Positions 31,140-51,912 of a DNA stretch of 64,000 nucleotides are shown here, one piece after another. Source of the stretch: the human T2T-CHM13v2.0 reference genome, Homo sapiens; NCBI RefSeq assembly GCF_009914755.1, contig NC_060928.1. One strand, written 5' to 3'. The notes under the pieces were generated by a model. It ran no database searches. It saw only the letters and a list, made by a program, of their open reading frames with translations, and was not told the origin of the DNA. Numbering within the stretch: the first letter of the stretch is position 1; every line of letters begins with the position of its first letter. Both the position numbers and the translations under genes were made by a program.

Positions 31140-31654
31140 AAATCATCACTTCTTATAAGTATATATTTTTATGTAAAATATACATAAAAGCTAGTTAAAT
31201 AGGTTTTTGCACTTTGTCGAATTTATACTTACATCATAACTTTATGTCTTTAAGAAAAATAGTTTCATATTGGTTGTTATACAAGATTAGCTTTGATACT
31301 AAAACTTCTAAGAATGCATTGTGTCCTATCTTAGGACATGATGTGTTACAGGCTTTTTCTGATAGCATTCAAGATTTATATACATAAACTGCTCTTAATG
31401 TTTTGTAGTGGGATCAGTTAAACAATTTCCTATCAGAAGCTAATGTCTAGAAATTTTACTGATAAGAGTCTAGCATTTATCATCTTTAAATAAGCTATGT
31501 TTCCATAAATTATTTCTTTTGGTGGGACTACAACATATGCCTGAATTTGCAGTCTAAGTTAGGACTCGGTTTTTCTTTAAAATTGATTAACTTGAACTAT
31601 GTCTATCAGTCCCACTAAGCTAAGAGTTTATTGGGCTGAGACTTACTGTCCATC

Positions 31655-31972
31655 TTTTTTTTTTAATTTTTAAATTATTTTATTTTATTTTTGAGAGGGA
31701 GTCTTGCCCTGTTGCCCAGGCTATAGTGCAGTGGCGCAATCTTGGCTCACTGCAACCTCTGCCTCCTGGGTTCGAGCGATTCTCCATCCTCTGCCTCCCT
31801 ACTAGCTGGGACTATCGGCACCCACCACCACGCCCAGCTAATTTTTGTATTTTTAGTAGAGACAGAGTTTCACCGTGTTGGCCAGGTTGATCTTGAACTC
31901 CATCTCAAGCTATCTGCCTGCCTTGGCCTCCTAAAGTGCTGGAATTACAGGCGTGAGCTTCTGCACCCGGCC
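31655..31972 (-). mobile_element. Alu (AluS-like)
   Basis: Antisense dimer. Confidence 0.88.
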
Positions 31973-32086
31973 GATCTTTGAAGCTCATGCTCAACCTTTT
32001 AGCACAGAATTGGAGCTGATAAATGTTTAATGACTTGATCTTGATTTCCTGAGAGTTTTAGACTTGGTGGTACAGGGAAAAATGTA

Positions 32087-34060
<1,974 letters not shown>

Positions 34061-34359
34061 GAAGTTACCTACTTCATGGATTAAATTTACTCACTGAGTG
34101 TTAGCAAGATGGTTTTTGGCTTTTGTGATGGAACACTTAATTTGATATTTCTCTTTTGTTATGCTGAAAGTGTTAATTCCCTCATAGTTTGCATATATTC
34201 TATAAAAAGGATCTTGTTGCCTGCCTTGGTGGTTACAAAAATTTGTGTTTCACTGGCTTCTGGTTGGTTTACCAGCTTGTAAAAGTTATTCGTGCCAGGT
34301 TAAGTATTTTCTTTGAGTTTAAACTGTGTGTGTCTGTGGGTGGGATATGGATTTTTATC

Positions 34360-34974
<615 letters not shown>

Positions 34975-35070
34975 TTTGTTGTTGTTGTTAGATGTGCTAA
35001 GTTTTTCTTTCTCAATTGTCTGTTGGACTCTCGATGAGAACTTTCAACTGATTTCAGGGCACAATATCTA

Positions 35071-35492
<422 letters not shown>

Positions 35493-36296
35493 CTAAGACA
35501 AAGCTCTTTTGTCTGTTTTGGTTATTTTTTCTTCCTAAATATAGCCAAGCAAGGACTAGGACTTGTAGTAACTCTAAGAAAGTATCTGTTGATGATCTTT
35601 ACAAATATACTCTGAGGGGAAAAAAGAAATTTTATTCTACAAATACTGTTATTAACATAACTTTGCAAAACTTTTTAAAGATACTAGGTATAATAGATAC
35701 TATTTATTATTGTTCATCTGTTAATGTTCATCCAGAATGGTTTTTCCAGATCATACACTTTTGCTTATGGAAGGACATATTTTTGTCTAGGTTGCCTTCA
35801 GTTTTCTAGCCTAACTTTCTTGAAACTGTCTGTAGTCTTTGCCTAGGTTTTTCTATTTTTTTTTTTTAGAAATAAAAGTTAGATGAGAGGTTTTAATACA
35901 GTTTTCTTCCTGCATTAGGCTTTTGTTATTAAGCCACACGCAAACAGCTATGAGATTTTAAAGCCCATCAGAGATACCACACCCCAATACCTGGCATATG
36001 TTAGGTGCTTTGCTCAATAAATCTGCACAATCAATGAATCAATGAATCGATTTAGTTTACAATCAAGAAATATTTACTACTGTTTTACCTTATTTAAAAT
36101 GATTGTAGGTATATCAACCTTGAAATTGGAGTCAGAGATGAGACTGTTTACTCTTTATTGTTTACATTTCCTTATCTTGTGTCAAAACAGAAACTTACCA
36201 GAGTTTGTATTCCGTTTTCTTTGTAATGTGCTATGGAGTTTTTTTGAGTAGCTGCTACTTCTTGGAAACCACAAAGATAAATAATTAGCTGTTATG

Positions 36297-36593
36297 GGCT
36301 GGGCGCGGTGGCTCACACCTGTAATCGTAGCACTTTGAGAGGCTGGGGTGGGCGGAACATGAGGTCAGGAGATTGAGACCATCCTGGCTAACACGGTGAA
36401 ACCCCATCTCTACTAAAAATACAAAAATTTAGCCGGGCATGGTGGCGAGCACCTGTAGTCCCAGCTGCTCAGGAGGCTGAGGCAGGAGAATGGCGTGAAC
36501 ATGGGTGGCAGAGCTTGCAGTGAGCTGAGATTGCGGCACTGCACTCCAGCCTGGGCGACAGAGTGAGAATCTGTCTCGAAAAAAAAAAAAAAT
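36297..36593 (+). mobile_element. AluY-like
   Basis: CCATCCTGGCTAACACGG diagnostics; TSD-like AATAATTAGCTGTTAT / AATAATTCGCTGTTAT. Confidence 0.9.
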
Positions 36594-37792
36594 AATAATT
36601 CGCTGTTATAGTCTGTGCATCTATGACAATTTTATCAATATGTGTTAAGAAAAGAGGCTGTTCCAATTGGATTTTGGTTGTTAGATGTGAAATTACTTAG
36701 TTGAGAGCATTTGCTTTCATCATGGTTCAGGAGAGACACTGACCACTCAGAATTTGGCAACAGTATCTTGCCAGTGATGTTAAGTATAACTTTGTAGAAA
36801 AATGCTAATGAAAAACTTACTACAATGTGTCTGCTATCAGAACTCAGCACTTCCCAATAGCAATGTTGCTAGTGTTTATTCTCCTTTAACTACTTGGTCA
36901 AAAATAACTGGGTGATATTTGAAAGTATAAAAATTGATTATCCTCAATTTTTATGTTTTTTATGAAAACAATATTTTTTTGGAAAGGATTGAATACTATT
37001 TAAGCCTTCCTTCAAACTTACTGTGTAGCATTTTATACATTTCTAGTTGTGATTTTTATTTTTTAAAGGACGAGAGTTAAACACAATTTTCAGGAAAACA
37101 CCTATCTCCAAATTGGTTGAAACAAAATACAAAATAGCATAGGAGAGAGCAATTCTAGAAACCTTTGAAAGCCCAGTGTAAAGCAATTCATCATTCTTAC
37201 CAAGCTGGGTGAAATTTTTAAAAATAAGAAAGTCTCACCAACACAACTTAAAATCTGGCTTTTTGCATATTTTTAGTTTTCTTTATATATGAAATAAGTG
37301 AAGTAATTTTGATTGTAAAATGTCATTTATTCTATCTCCTGTCCAGGTTTTAAAAAAAAAAAAAAGCCTGATGCCTCCCTGTCATCTCTCAGAAGATTTT
37401 AAGACTTTCTCAGAATTTTCTTTTTAACTTACTGGATAAACACTCCTCTTTGCTGATTGTGAAAATGACCATCTTAAAAGTGTTTACAGGAACCCACACT
37501 TATCCTTTTCCCCCTCTGCTTTTAGGCTAGGTCATAATTTCAGTTTCCCTTCATTTTTATTTTTCTCAGTTGATTATAAGATCAGAGCTACAAGAGGAAA
37601 AATGCTGTTATAGACCTGTTTATTTAGGATGGTCTTTTAGAGGAAAAAACCCGAGTCCTCATTTCTCATTGTCAAGTAGAACCCCATTCATGTGCATGGT
37701 AATTGTCAAGAATCATATTTGTAACCACAAAGAACAATAATCTCACACTATCTTCTGGGTAAACTGCTCCTACGTTTGAATTGATTTTGTAA

Positions 37793-38146
<354 letters not shown>

Positions 38147-39621
38147 TATTTATTTGTGTTTTATGATACTATTTACCTTCTCACTGCCACCATTCTCAGG
38201 GCTTTATCAGTACCCCACAAAAAACACACCTTTTGATTTCCTCCCTTTTTACCTGTGGTAGTAACTCATTTAATGCCATGTTCCCCCCTTCATGAAGCAT
38301 CTTCTAGTTGCTTAGTCTAGAGGTTGAATTTTTCTTTATGCTGTCACTGTTTTTAGCTTGCGTTTCTTCTGGGCATTCCTTGGCAATGCATAATTTCGTA
38401 ATTATTAAGTGTACATATCTCATTTTTAAACTGCAGAATTCCTCAAAGGTTAAACTACCTTTATGACCTTTATGTCTCCATGGCGTTTTATAATACCTTA
38501 GCATTCCTTAAATATTCAAATGTATAATATGAAGTGTGTTTGACATTCTCATAGTAATAGAATAAGAATACTAATGGGGTATATAGCTCAGTTTGGTGCA
38601 GTTTTTAAAATTTAATTCATAGGCAGTTATTTTTATTATTTGAATACAACATTGTTCAGGCTTGTAAATTATTTTAAGACAGTCAAAATTGATTCTTAGA
38701 AAATTGCCTGGTTAGGTGATAGCAATTCAAATTTTACTTAGTCACCATGATTTGTGTAAGTTACAGAAGCAAGTCAGAAGCAAAGTCCTGAATTCTAGGC
38801 ATGGTGTTATGAATCTCTATGCCCTGGACTGCAGTTTATTGCCTTGGATTATATTTAGGTATGTATATATATGTTTGCTTTCCTTGAATTTTGAACTCCC
38901 TGTTTTATACATGTACCTTATAACCTTTCTTTTGTTAGGAGATACTTTAAATTGTACGTTCTATTTCATCTAGTAAAATCCAAGAAGAAAAAATACTGAG
39001 ACTAATAATGTCTTAACTTTTACATTACTGTCAATCTAATAGTACATTTTGGGGCCTAATTCTACTGAGGAAGACTAGCTGGAAGAGAGGGACTGATGTT
39101 GTATCCAGTTACTCTCCACGTGACCCTGGAAATTTTCATTGGATCTTAGTTTTCTCACCTGTAAAATGGAACACAATGCTTTCCATACCTATTTTCAGGG
39201 TTACGTAAGTTTAATATATGAGAAAGTACTTCGCAATGGAAAAGTCTACATGAATGTAAAGTATTACTATTGCTGACATAATAAAAATATTAGTGTCAGT
39301 AGAAATTGTGAGTCATTTATAAAGATAATAGGCTAAGATCTTCTTAATATTCTTAACATTTGGCTAGTAGTTTATTCACCCCTCTTTTTGGTGAATACAA
39401 AGCAGTAAAACCATGTTTTCAAATTATTATTTGGTTATGCAGGTTAATACTTATATGGATTATTTTAGAAGTACAGGCTTCATGTTGAGTTTTGTAAAGA
39501 GCTTTCTCTTTGCCAAAACATTTTCAGACTTCAAAGAACCATTGTGTAAAAACTCTTTTACACCAATGTATCTTAAATAGTTTTGATCATTTTATTTAAA
39601 TAAAGAAGCTGAACCAAAAGT

Positions 39622-39714
39622 TCTTCACTTTAAAGAGTGGCAAAGTCTTTCCATATGTGTAACAGACATACATACATACATATGGAAAGACTTTGCCACT
39701 CTTGAAAGTGAAGA
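39622..39714. ncRNA. MIR3688: Palindromic microRNA hairpin MIR3688 (annotated on both strands as -1 and -2, as recalled)
   Basis: 37-bp inverted arms 39622-39658 and 39678-39714 with one mismatch, 19-nt loop; contains AGTGGCAAAGTCTTTCCATAT (39636-39656) and TATGGAAAGACTTTGCCACTCT (39681-39702), which match my recollection of miR-3688-5p and -3p. Confidence 0.85.
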
Positions 39715-39741
39715 GTGTGTGTATATATATACATATGGGGG

Positions 39742-39781
<40 letters not shown>
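39715..39781. repeat. (GT)n/(TA)n compound microsatellite
   Basis: GTGTGTGTATATATATAC...(GT)12(AT)8 directly after the hairpin. Confidence 0.95.
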
Positions 39782-39782
<1 letters not shown>

Positions 39783-40575
39783 AATCTATTTTAAGTATAT
39801 TTTTTGGAATACATATTTGTAGAAGAAAAGATTTGTAATTGTATGATATGAATGGATGCAGTCTTTTGATTATTGAAATCTGTCATCATTCTGTATTTAA
39901 ATTTGAATGCTGCTATGTGATCTTAGACATGGAGGCAGAAACTTGCATAGAAATGTAATAAGAATAAGAATCTTGAATAGAAATCTTATCGCTTTCTTTT
40001 TGAAGAATTTGAAAAGCAATTAGAATTGCTTTCATATTATAAATGCTCACCATTGAAAGGTGCAATATTAATGAATCTTTATATTATGCCTCTAGTTATC
40101 TCTTAAGAGTTACTTTGATAATATAGACCTTTTGAAAGTGCCACACTGATGGTTTCAGGTTGCCTGTCAGTGTAATAATACATAATGCTTACAGTTATGG
40201 TGTCAGTTCTTTATTTTATGTTTAGGGAGCACATATCTCAGAACAGTTCAGGAAAGACATAGAAAAGCAGTTGTCATTTATAAAGTGTGTGTTATGTGCC
40301 AGAAAGTCACCTAGATGTTTTCTTATGGTTTATTCAGTTCTAACATCAACCTTATAAAGCATGAGGTACTATTATCAATTTACCAATGAAGAAACTGAGA
40401 TGCAGGGATTAAGTAATTTGCTTAAGAACAAATAACTGATTTCAAAGTCCCTATTCTATCCACTCTACTCCCCCTATAATAAGAGCAGGTGTAAATGTCT
40501 ATGTTGTTGTTAATAAAGACTTTTACAAAATGAAGTTCTAATTTAGTTAGGATGTTTTTCTCTTTTTCGAGACAG

Positions 40576-41204
40576 TGTTACTGGAAAGGGGTCCCAATCC
40601 GGACCCTGAAAAGAGGGTTCTTGGATCTTGGGCAAGAAAGAATTTGGGGTGAGTTCATAGAATAAAGTGAAAGCAAGTTTATTAAGAAAGTATGGGAATA
40701 AAAGAACGGCTACTCCATAGAGCAGCCCTGAGGACTGGTGGCTGGCTGTTTTTATGGTTATTTCTTGATTATATACTAAACAAGGGGTGAATTATTTATG
40801 AGTTTTCCTGGAAAGGGGTGGGGATTTTCCCCAGAACTGAGGTGTTCCTCCCTATTTTAGACCATACAGGGAAACTTCCAGACATTGCCATGGCATTTGT
40901 AAACTGTCATGGCGCTAGTGGGAGTGTCTTTTAGCAATCTAATGCATTATAATTAATGAATAATGAACAGTGAGCACTACCAGAGGTCACTTTTGTTGTC
41001 ATCTTGGTTTTGGTGGGTTTTGTCTGCTTCTTTACCTTGTCTTATCAGCAGGGTCTTTTTGACCTGTATCTTGTGGTGACCTCTTATCTCATCCTGTGAC
41101 CAAGAATGTCTAACCTCCTGGGAATGCAGTCCAGTAGGTCTCAGCCTTATTTTACCCAGCCCCTATTTAAGATGGAGTTGGCTCTGGTTCAAATGCCTCT
41201 GACA
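40576..41204 (-). mobile_element. MER41B-like ERV1 solo LTR
   Basis: Minus strand reads TGTCAGAGGCATTTGAACCAGAG...GGGACCCCTTTCCAGTAACA; 629 bp; TG...CA ends; 4-bp TSD ACAG at 40572-40575 and 41205-41208. Confidence 0.9.
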
Positions 41205-41335
41205 ACAGGGTCTTGCCCTGTCACCTAGGTGGAATTGCAGTGGTGTGATTATAGCTCACTGCAGTGTTAAATTCTTGAGCTCAAGTGATCCTCCCACCTC
41301 AGCCCCCCAAGTAGCTAGAACTACAGGCATGCACA
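41205..41335 (-). mobile_element. Alu right-arm fragment; its tail end lies on the other side of the LTR (40554-40575)
   Basis: Removing the LTR restores TTTTTCGAGACAG-GGTCTTGCCCTGTCACC. Confidence 0.8.
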
Positions 41336-41524
41336 TTTTTCTTTATTCAAATTTCTCTGCTAGGTCATTTTTATTTTAGAGATGAATTTCGGATCTAAAG
41401 TCTAATTTTATTAAAATTAAAAATTTTTAAACAATTAGAGTTAGTAGAGTAGGACTGGAAGGGCTTCTTTTAATTTAGACCCAGGCTTAGCGAATAAATT
41501 ACTCTAAATAAAAGTTATCTATTA

Positions 41525-42252
<728 letters not shown>

Positions 42253-44230
42253 TGATTGCTGATTTTGTCAGCAGATACTATGTTAAAGACTTAAATGTAT
42301 TATCTTGATATCTTTGTCTGATTAATTGCTATTTTTTTTTTTTTTTTTTTTTTTTTTTAGCTTTTGCTGTTGTTGTTTTTGTTCAGTCAGCTATACTATT
42401 TGGAGTTTTTACTAGTTGAAGAGAAATATAAGTGCTAAGTGCAGTTAAAGTTCTTTGGGCTTTGGGAACCTTGGGCTAGAGAACTTTGGGCTTGATTAAC
42501 GTCTTTCGCGTTGTTGTGTACTTGGGAAAGTTATCGGGTTTTCTCAGCAGTCCTACAGCCCGGCATCTCCTTGTTTGTCAGAAACAAAGACTTGGCATAC
42601 TCGATATTTCCATTCCTTAAGAAGTTTTAACATAGAATTACTTTGTTAATACTTAGCCTTTCTTTGTAGGGCCATAGGTGGGAACTTTGGTTCTCTATGC
42701 TAACTGAAAAAGCCAGAGGAAATGTGTGGGAAGTTACAGTCTCCTTACCAAGAGGATCCAGATTCAAATCTGGATACTTGCAACAAAAGTCCAGATTTTA
42801 ATGGGTATATTGTTTGAAACTATCAAGTTGGAGAGTAAAATATTCCCGGTGTTTTTGCTTATCTAACTGTTGCCATTAGGATAATGTCTTAGCTTGAGGG
42901 TGAACTTTGTTATTGGACCACACTATTTAGAGAGGGGCTAGTTGGTCTAGAATTTATCAAGAATTGAGAAACATTTATTCAGATATATTCATAAGCCTGT
43001 GTCTTGCACAGAAGTACGTTATCTTCAGGTTATCTAGCTCTAACACCATTTTATGATCGTACTTCACAGTCTCAACTGCAGAATGAAAGAGTTACTTTGC
43101 TAGATTTTGGAATGTGGGCTCTCAAGGAGACTTAAGTTCTTCCGAAATTCTAAAATAATCCATCCAGATCCTATGGTTGTGATGGGTGTGTGTATCTGTG
43201 TTTAAATGATGTTTTTGAGTCCTTTGGTTGTAGAGGACAGTGTCTCCTTGTGTCTGTGGCAAGGAGTCTTGTTTGTTTCTCTTTGGTCCTTACAAGACAT
43301 AGAAAGGGCTGTCTCTCCTTTAGGGATAGATGAGCACCGTACTCCAGGACAGAAAGAGGTAGATGGTTTTTAAAGGCGTGGCAAGTTGTTGGCTTTTTAA
43401 AATCTGACTTTTCTCATTTATGCCTCCTTTTTCTAAATTATAGCTTTTTCTTCCAAACCATTCTTTGTTGTCTATTTCTCACACTCCTTATTTTCTTCAT
43501 TTTTGTGGGTGGTGGGTCAGAAAGAAAGGTTAAATACAGTCTTTTACGTTGATTGCTCATTTTCTTTTGGTAGTTGAAAGTTATGTGCGTTTTAAGTGTA
43601 TATGATAATGTTTTTTCTTTCTGGAATGTTTTTAGTGTTCTAGAAATGTTTATAACTTGTACCTAAATTAATATTTTAAATATTATATACTTAGTTTTTT
43701 TTTTTTTGCATAGTTCACATGTCAAAAAGTATAAAAAGTTATACAGTGCAGTCTTACTTTCCTCTCCCACACCTGCCTAACTCCCAGTTCCCTTCTGGTA
43801 GTGAGTGATTTTCATTGCTTGTTTATTCTTCCCAAAAATTAAAAAAATTCATACACAGATCCATAAAAACATATTTTTCTTCTTCTCAAGTTATATCTAC
43901 ATACATATCTGCCCTTTTATTTATTTAATGTAAAGTATAGTTTGGAAAGATGTATACTGATCTTTCCATATCAGTACATGAAGAGCTCCTGTGTGTGTGA
44001 TTAACCATTACAGAATATCACAGGGCTGCAATGAATACCCCTCACATACCTGACCTGCAAAATTTCTGCTGGGCCAAAGTGTGCTTGCATTTCTAATTTT
44101 GCTTGTTGTTGTAGAAGTGGCTTACAGGACTACTAGCATTGTATTAGTGCATTTCTTTTCCTTTATTTTTAAAATATAAACTTGTAATATATATGGTAAG
44201 ATTAACCTTTTTAAGTGTAAAGTTGTATGA

Positions 44231-47030
<2,800 letters not shown>

Positions 47031-47962
47031 TATTAAACGCCACTTTTTCACTTGGCACAGTTCTCCAAATTAATTGTATTAGTAGCAGAGTCATTATTCG
47101 TATTAGATTTGGGTGTGAAAGAAAGAGGACTTAAGGATGACTTGAAAGTTTCTGGATGGCTGGGGATGTTAATTATTGGAGAAAAGGACTTCAGGAAGAC
47201 CAGGTTTGATTAAGAGGGTGAACAGTGGGTGTTGCTGGTGGTGGTAGTGATTAGGAGTTTAGCTTTAGAACAAGGAGAGTTTGGGATGCTTATTTGTAAT
47301 ACAAAGAGGAGATGTCCAGTAAGTACTGTAGTTTGGACTTCACTGGGTAGGGATTTCAGGCTACTATGCTTTTTAACTCATATTTGACATCTATGTATAG
47401 GTAAATGTCTTTATTTTCTCTAAACAATGTGAATGCCTAGCACACTGCTTGACATGCTAGAAGTGTTTAATGTTGAATATGTTGAATTGAATTGAAATGT
47501 AAATTTCAGTTCTGTTTTCTATAATTATATATTTTACTCTAATAATAGTTTCTGGTGTTTGAAGTATACATTATTTTCTTTCAACTGAACTTGAATATAA
47601 TATAATTTTATGAAGTCATGAGAAAGTTTGGTAACCTTCCTTAAGGAATAATTTTTGGAAATGTATAGACATTAAAAAAATAGAGCCTGCACCTGAACTG
47701 GCTACTGTTCCCTGAAGCCTGTATTCCTGACCACTGTGAAAAGTGCCATCCTTGATCCTAGGCTTCCTGTCCTTAATGGCCATTGGTTGCTAGTGCTAAA
47801 ACTGTGTAAGAAGGTAAATTTATAATCATCATAGGTTATTTGTAAACAGAAAAGGTGGGGGGGTTGGTAGTAACTGTATTTTGGCTCTGTTCAGTGGGCC
47901 TATAAATTCATTTGATTACATTTAAAGTTCTTTTGAAACTTACCTTGGTTTAAGAAGTTTAC

Positions 47963-48378
47963 TGTATTAGTCCATTTGGGCTGCCATAACCAAATACCAT
48001 AGACAGGGTGGCTTAAACAACATAAATTTATTTTCTCACAGTCCTGGAGGCCAGAAGTCCAAGATTAAGGTTCTGGCCTGTATCATTTTCTGGTGAAGGC
48101 CTACTCCTGGCCTGCAGACTGCTTTCCTGCTGTGTCCTCACACAGCCTTTCCTCAGCTCATAGGAGGGGAAATGTAGGAGGAGCAGAGGGAGAGGGAGAG
48201 CAGGTGCTCTGTGTCTCTCCTCTTGTATAAGAACACCAGTCCAACTGGACCAGGGCCCCTCCCTTATGATCTCATCCAACCTTGATTACCTCCCAGAGGC
48301 CTCCATCTCCAAGTACTATCACATGAGATTAGGGCTTCAGTATATGAATTTTAGGGGAATACAGTTTAATCCATAACA
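47963..48378 (-). mobile_element. MLT1-type (ERVL-MaLR) solo LTR
   Basis: TGTATTAGTCCATTTGGGCTGCCATAACC...TTTATTTTCTCACAGTCCTGGAGGCCAGAAGTCCAAGAT...CCATAACA. Confidence 0.85.
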
Positions 48379-51300
48379 TGTAACCATAGTAGCATCTTTA
48401 ATACTGGGGTTATTTTGCACTTCTTTTGTATGTGAGAGAGAATAAAGAACACACCTTTTTAGGTATTTATACCTGAGGTATCATTCTAGGAAATGAGAAT
48501 GAGTTTGTGAAAAATAAATGCAAAAAAAAAAAAAAAAAAACCTGCAAAGATTTAAACTTACTGGGAAGGGAGGTTAAATTTCTGAAATGCTTACATGGTA
48601 GAGTGTTTTAAAAATTAAAAATACATGCAACTAATTACCTATAAGCACAAAGAGTAACTGTAATTCTTTAAAAACATTTCTTTATCCTGTTTGAATTGAT
48701 TTAATGAGTTAAAAAATTAGTGATTTGTAATTAGCTTTCAACTAATGTGCTAGCTAGGGTTTTTAAATTCTTTTCTTGAGTGGGAGAAATGTGTCCACAT
48801 AAGATTTTATTGCATTATTAATTTTCATGGTATAATTGACTTTCGCACAGACTGAATTACTAATTAGTATAATGTTAATGAATATGGTTTAATTTTACCA
48901 CATCATGTGGCCTGAGACACAAGCTTTCTCTAAGAAAGTATTGGGATGAGAGGTATCTCCATAGAGATTTTACATTGGTACCAGTTTTATACCACCCCTA
49001 CGTTGCTGAAAGGAGCTCTGATTTGAAATGGATGGAGACACACAAACACACACACATATGCATATAAGATGGGTATCTATACCTAAAACATCTAAAAGCA
49101 CTGATATAGACTATTTTTCCTTTTTGATAGAAAGTAGAAAAGTATAAAGCTCATATTTTAGTGTTTCCAAGTTATCCAGCTAAAGTTACTAATACTGATG
49201 CATTTGGTTTGGTAATAGTTTTCACTGCCACATTGAATAAAGCCTTATCTCTTTCAGCTTTTGAAATTTAAGCAGGTGTAGGGAGAGGTAAGAGTAATTT
49301 CAGACCTTAGGATGTAGGCCAAATTTTAAGAGAATTCTACTGTGTTCATATCTCTTTGGCTTGAGTAAATAGATGGTACTAAATAAGTGAAATGATCTCT
49401 TGTGGTAGGTTAATTGACTCATTTGGGAAGTACAAAGATCCATGTGAAAGAATATGATTTCTACATTGGGGAATGTTTTTTAAAAAAATGATGTAGACAA
49501 GATAATTTTGAAATTATATATTGAGTTTGGGTGATTGAAAGAATTAGGAAATGTGTAATAATCTTAAAGCATATTTTTGTCTACTTGTTTACCTCACTGG
49601 AGCATAAAACTCTTCTCTGACACCATTTGAACCAAAAATTACAGAGCAAGGATACCAATCATGTACTCCTAAATTATAGTTTATAGGCACTGAAAGGATA
49701 CCCAACTTAACTACCACGTGAAGGAAATTTCTGGGGACAGTAACGAATTGAAATAGGTAAAGCAGAAGGATGATGTAAATTTTCCATGAAATAGAGTCTC
49801 AGGCAACTTGGTGCATCTGACTAGGTAACATTTTCAGTGAATGGGTGAATATGGCATAAGTCATAATGGTGTAAAGCTCTAGGAAGGGCACATTTGCACA
49901 CTTGAGGCCCTTGGTCACATGCCAGATATTTTTGAGCACACCTACCGTGTGTGTATGGCACTGTGTTGCCAAGTACTTTGGGATGCAGAGATTGGTAAGG
50001 CATAGTGCAGGGAACTCACAGTCCAGTGAAAGCAGTACCCATAGGTGAAGAATTCATACAATAGCATGGAAGTGCAATGAGGAAGCAGTGTGGAAAAGGG
50101 TGAAAGAAACTTGGTATGCACGAGTCAAATGACAGACTCCATTAAGTGTTTCCATTAAAAGGATTGTTGCTTCCCCAGTAGCCTCTTCTATACAGTTTCT
50201 TCAATCTCATTTCAGATCATATTTCTGTAATAATTAAGGCTTTGAGAAGGACATCCTATATAATGTAAGACACACATTTAAAGCATAGAATGAAAAAATG
50301 AAAACCTTAGGCATTTTGAGCAATATTTCCTTTACCTGTCATATATACAGCATGTTCTGAAATACATGGAGTGTGATACTGGTGAAATTAAAAAAAAAAA
50401 TGTAGCACTTTAAATTTTTTTCCTTAAAGGTTGTTTTGGTAATTTTAAATCCTGAAATATAATTATTACGGGGATATTAAGCTCAAAATTATTCTAAAGT
50501 TATCTTTTGTTAAATGTGGTTTGTTAAGAGATTTCCCATTGTTCAGTGTTAGTAAGTGGACAGTGAACAAAGAGGACAGATTTTTGTCAAGCATAAACAA
50601 CTTTTGCATCCTGTTTATTAAATGGAAAATACCTCAATGAATGTCTGTGCTAAAAGTAGATTCCTTCAGGTTTTTAGTTTTGTCCTATTAGGGGTGGAGT
50701 CATGGAACAGGAAGAAAGACATCCAGTAAACAGGAATTGTGTGCTAAGAGATACATTTTGAAAGGGAAATGGAGGCTCATGCTTAGAATTTGAGTTATAC
50801 CATTTCACCATTATGAGTACCTTTTCAAGAATGTTAGATTTAATGGAGTGCTAAATGGTCTTTTTCATTACTGCTATGAGTGATAAATTGTCTTGACCAA
50901 GATAGCATGTTGCAGAATAAAGTTTTGAAAGTTGACAGAGGTATTTTCTCAGATTCATTCATTATCATGTTTAGCTTGATGTTCTCAACGTTTTATACTA
51001 TTAGGAGATAATTTTCCATTTTGGGTAGAAATAGTTTTAGTGTAGTTAAATATGGTTAGTATAGATTCAGTAATTTAGTATAGCCATTTGTTTTTACATT
51101 TACATATATTTATTCAAGAAAGTTTGAAAATGGGAGGTATAATATTAAAAAATTACTCTTCCCCTCCTGGGAATCAAGCAAATAAACAGCAAATGAACCT
51201 GAACTTACCTTTCTCTTTTAAAAGCAATTGTTATTGGAAGGTATATATTAATTCCAATGATATTACTGTTTCTTAAAAGATATTTTTTGGGATGTCTCTT

Positions 51301-51619
51301 TGTAATTGCCAAATGTTAGGTTGCATGTGACAGCTTTAAATGTTACAAGTATCAGAGAATTCAGGATTTGCCATGGGCTGCGAAAATAGAGAAGTGGATA
51401 ACCAAGGTAATGTAGAAGACTGTTCTAATTACCGGGGGATCAAGATGAGGAAAGGTTCTCAGTGACAACTCTCTAGTAGACAAAGAAATAGGAAATGAAA
51501 TTAACAAGACCAGCCTGTTATTTAGCAGATAGGGCCTGGGAGGACAGAATTTAACATTGATAACACCAATTTAATGTTTCATGAAAGATCGTATAAGCAA
51601 TGATGTTGAATCTTGGTAA

Positions 51620-51912
<293 letters not shown>

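Noticed and set aside
42332-42360. Long poly-T plus AG as an exon acceptor (also 19206-19231)
   Set aside because: No convincing nearby donor or open frame; probably simple mononucleotide runs
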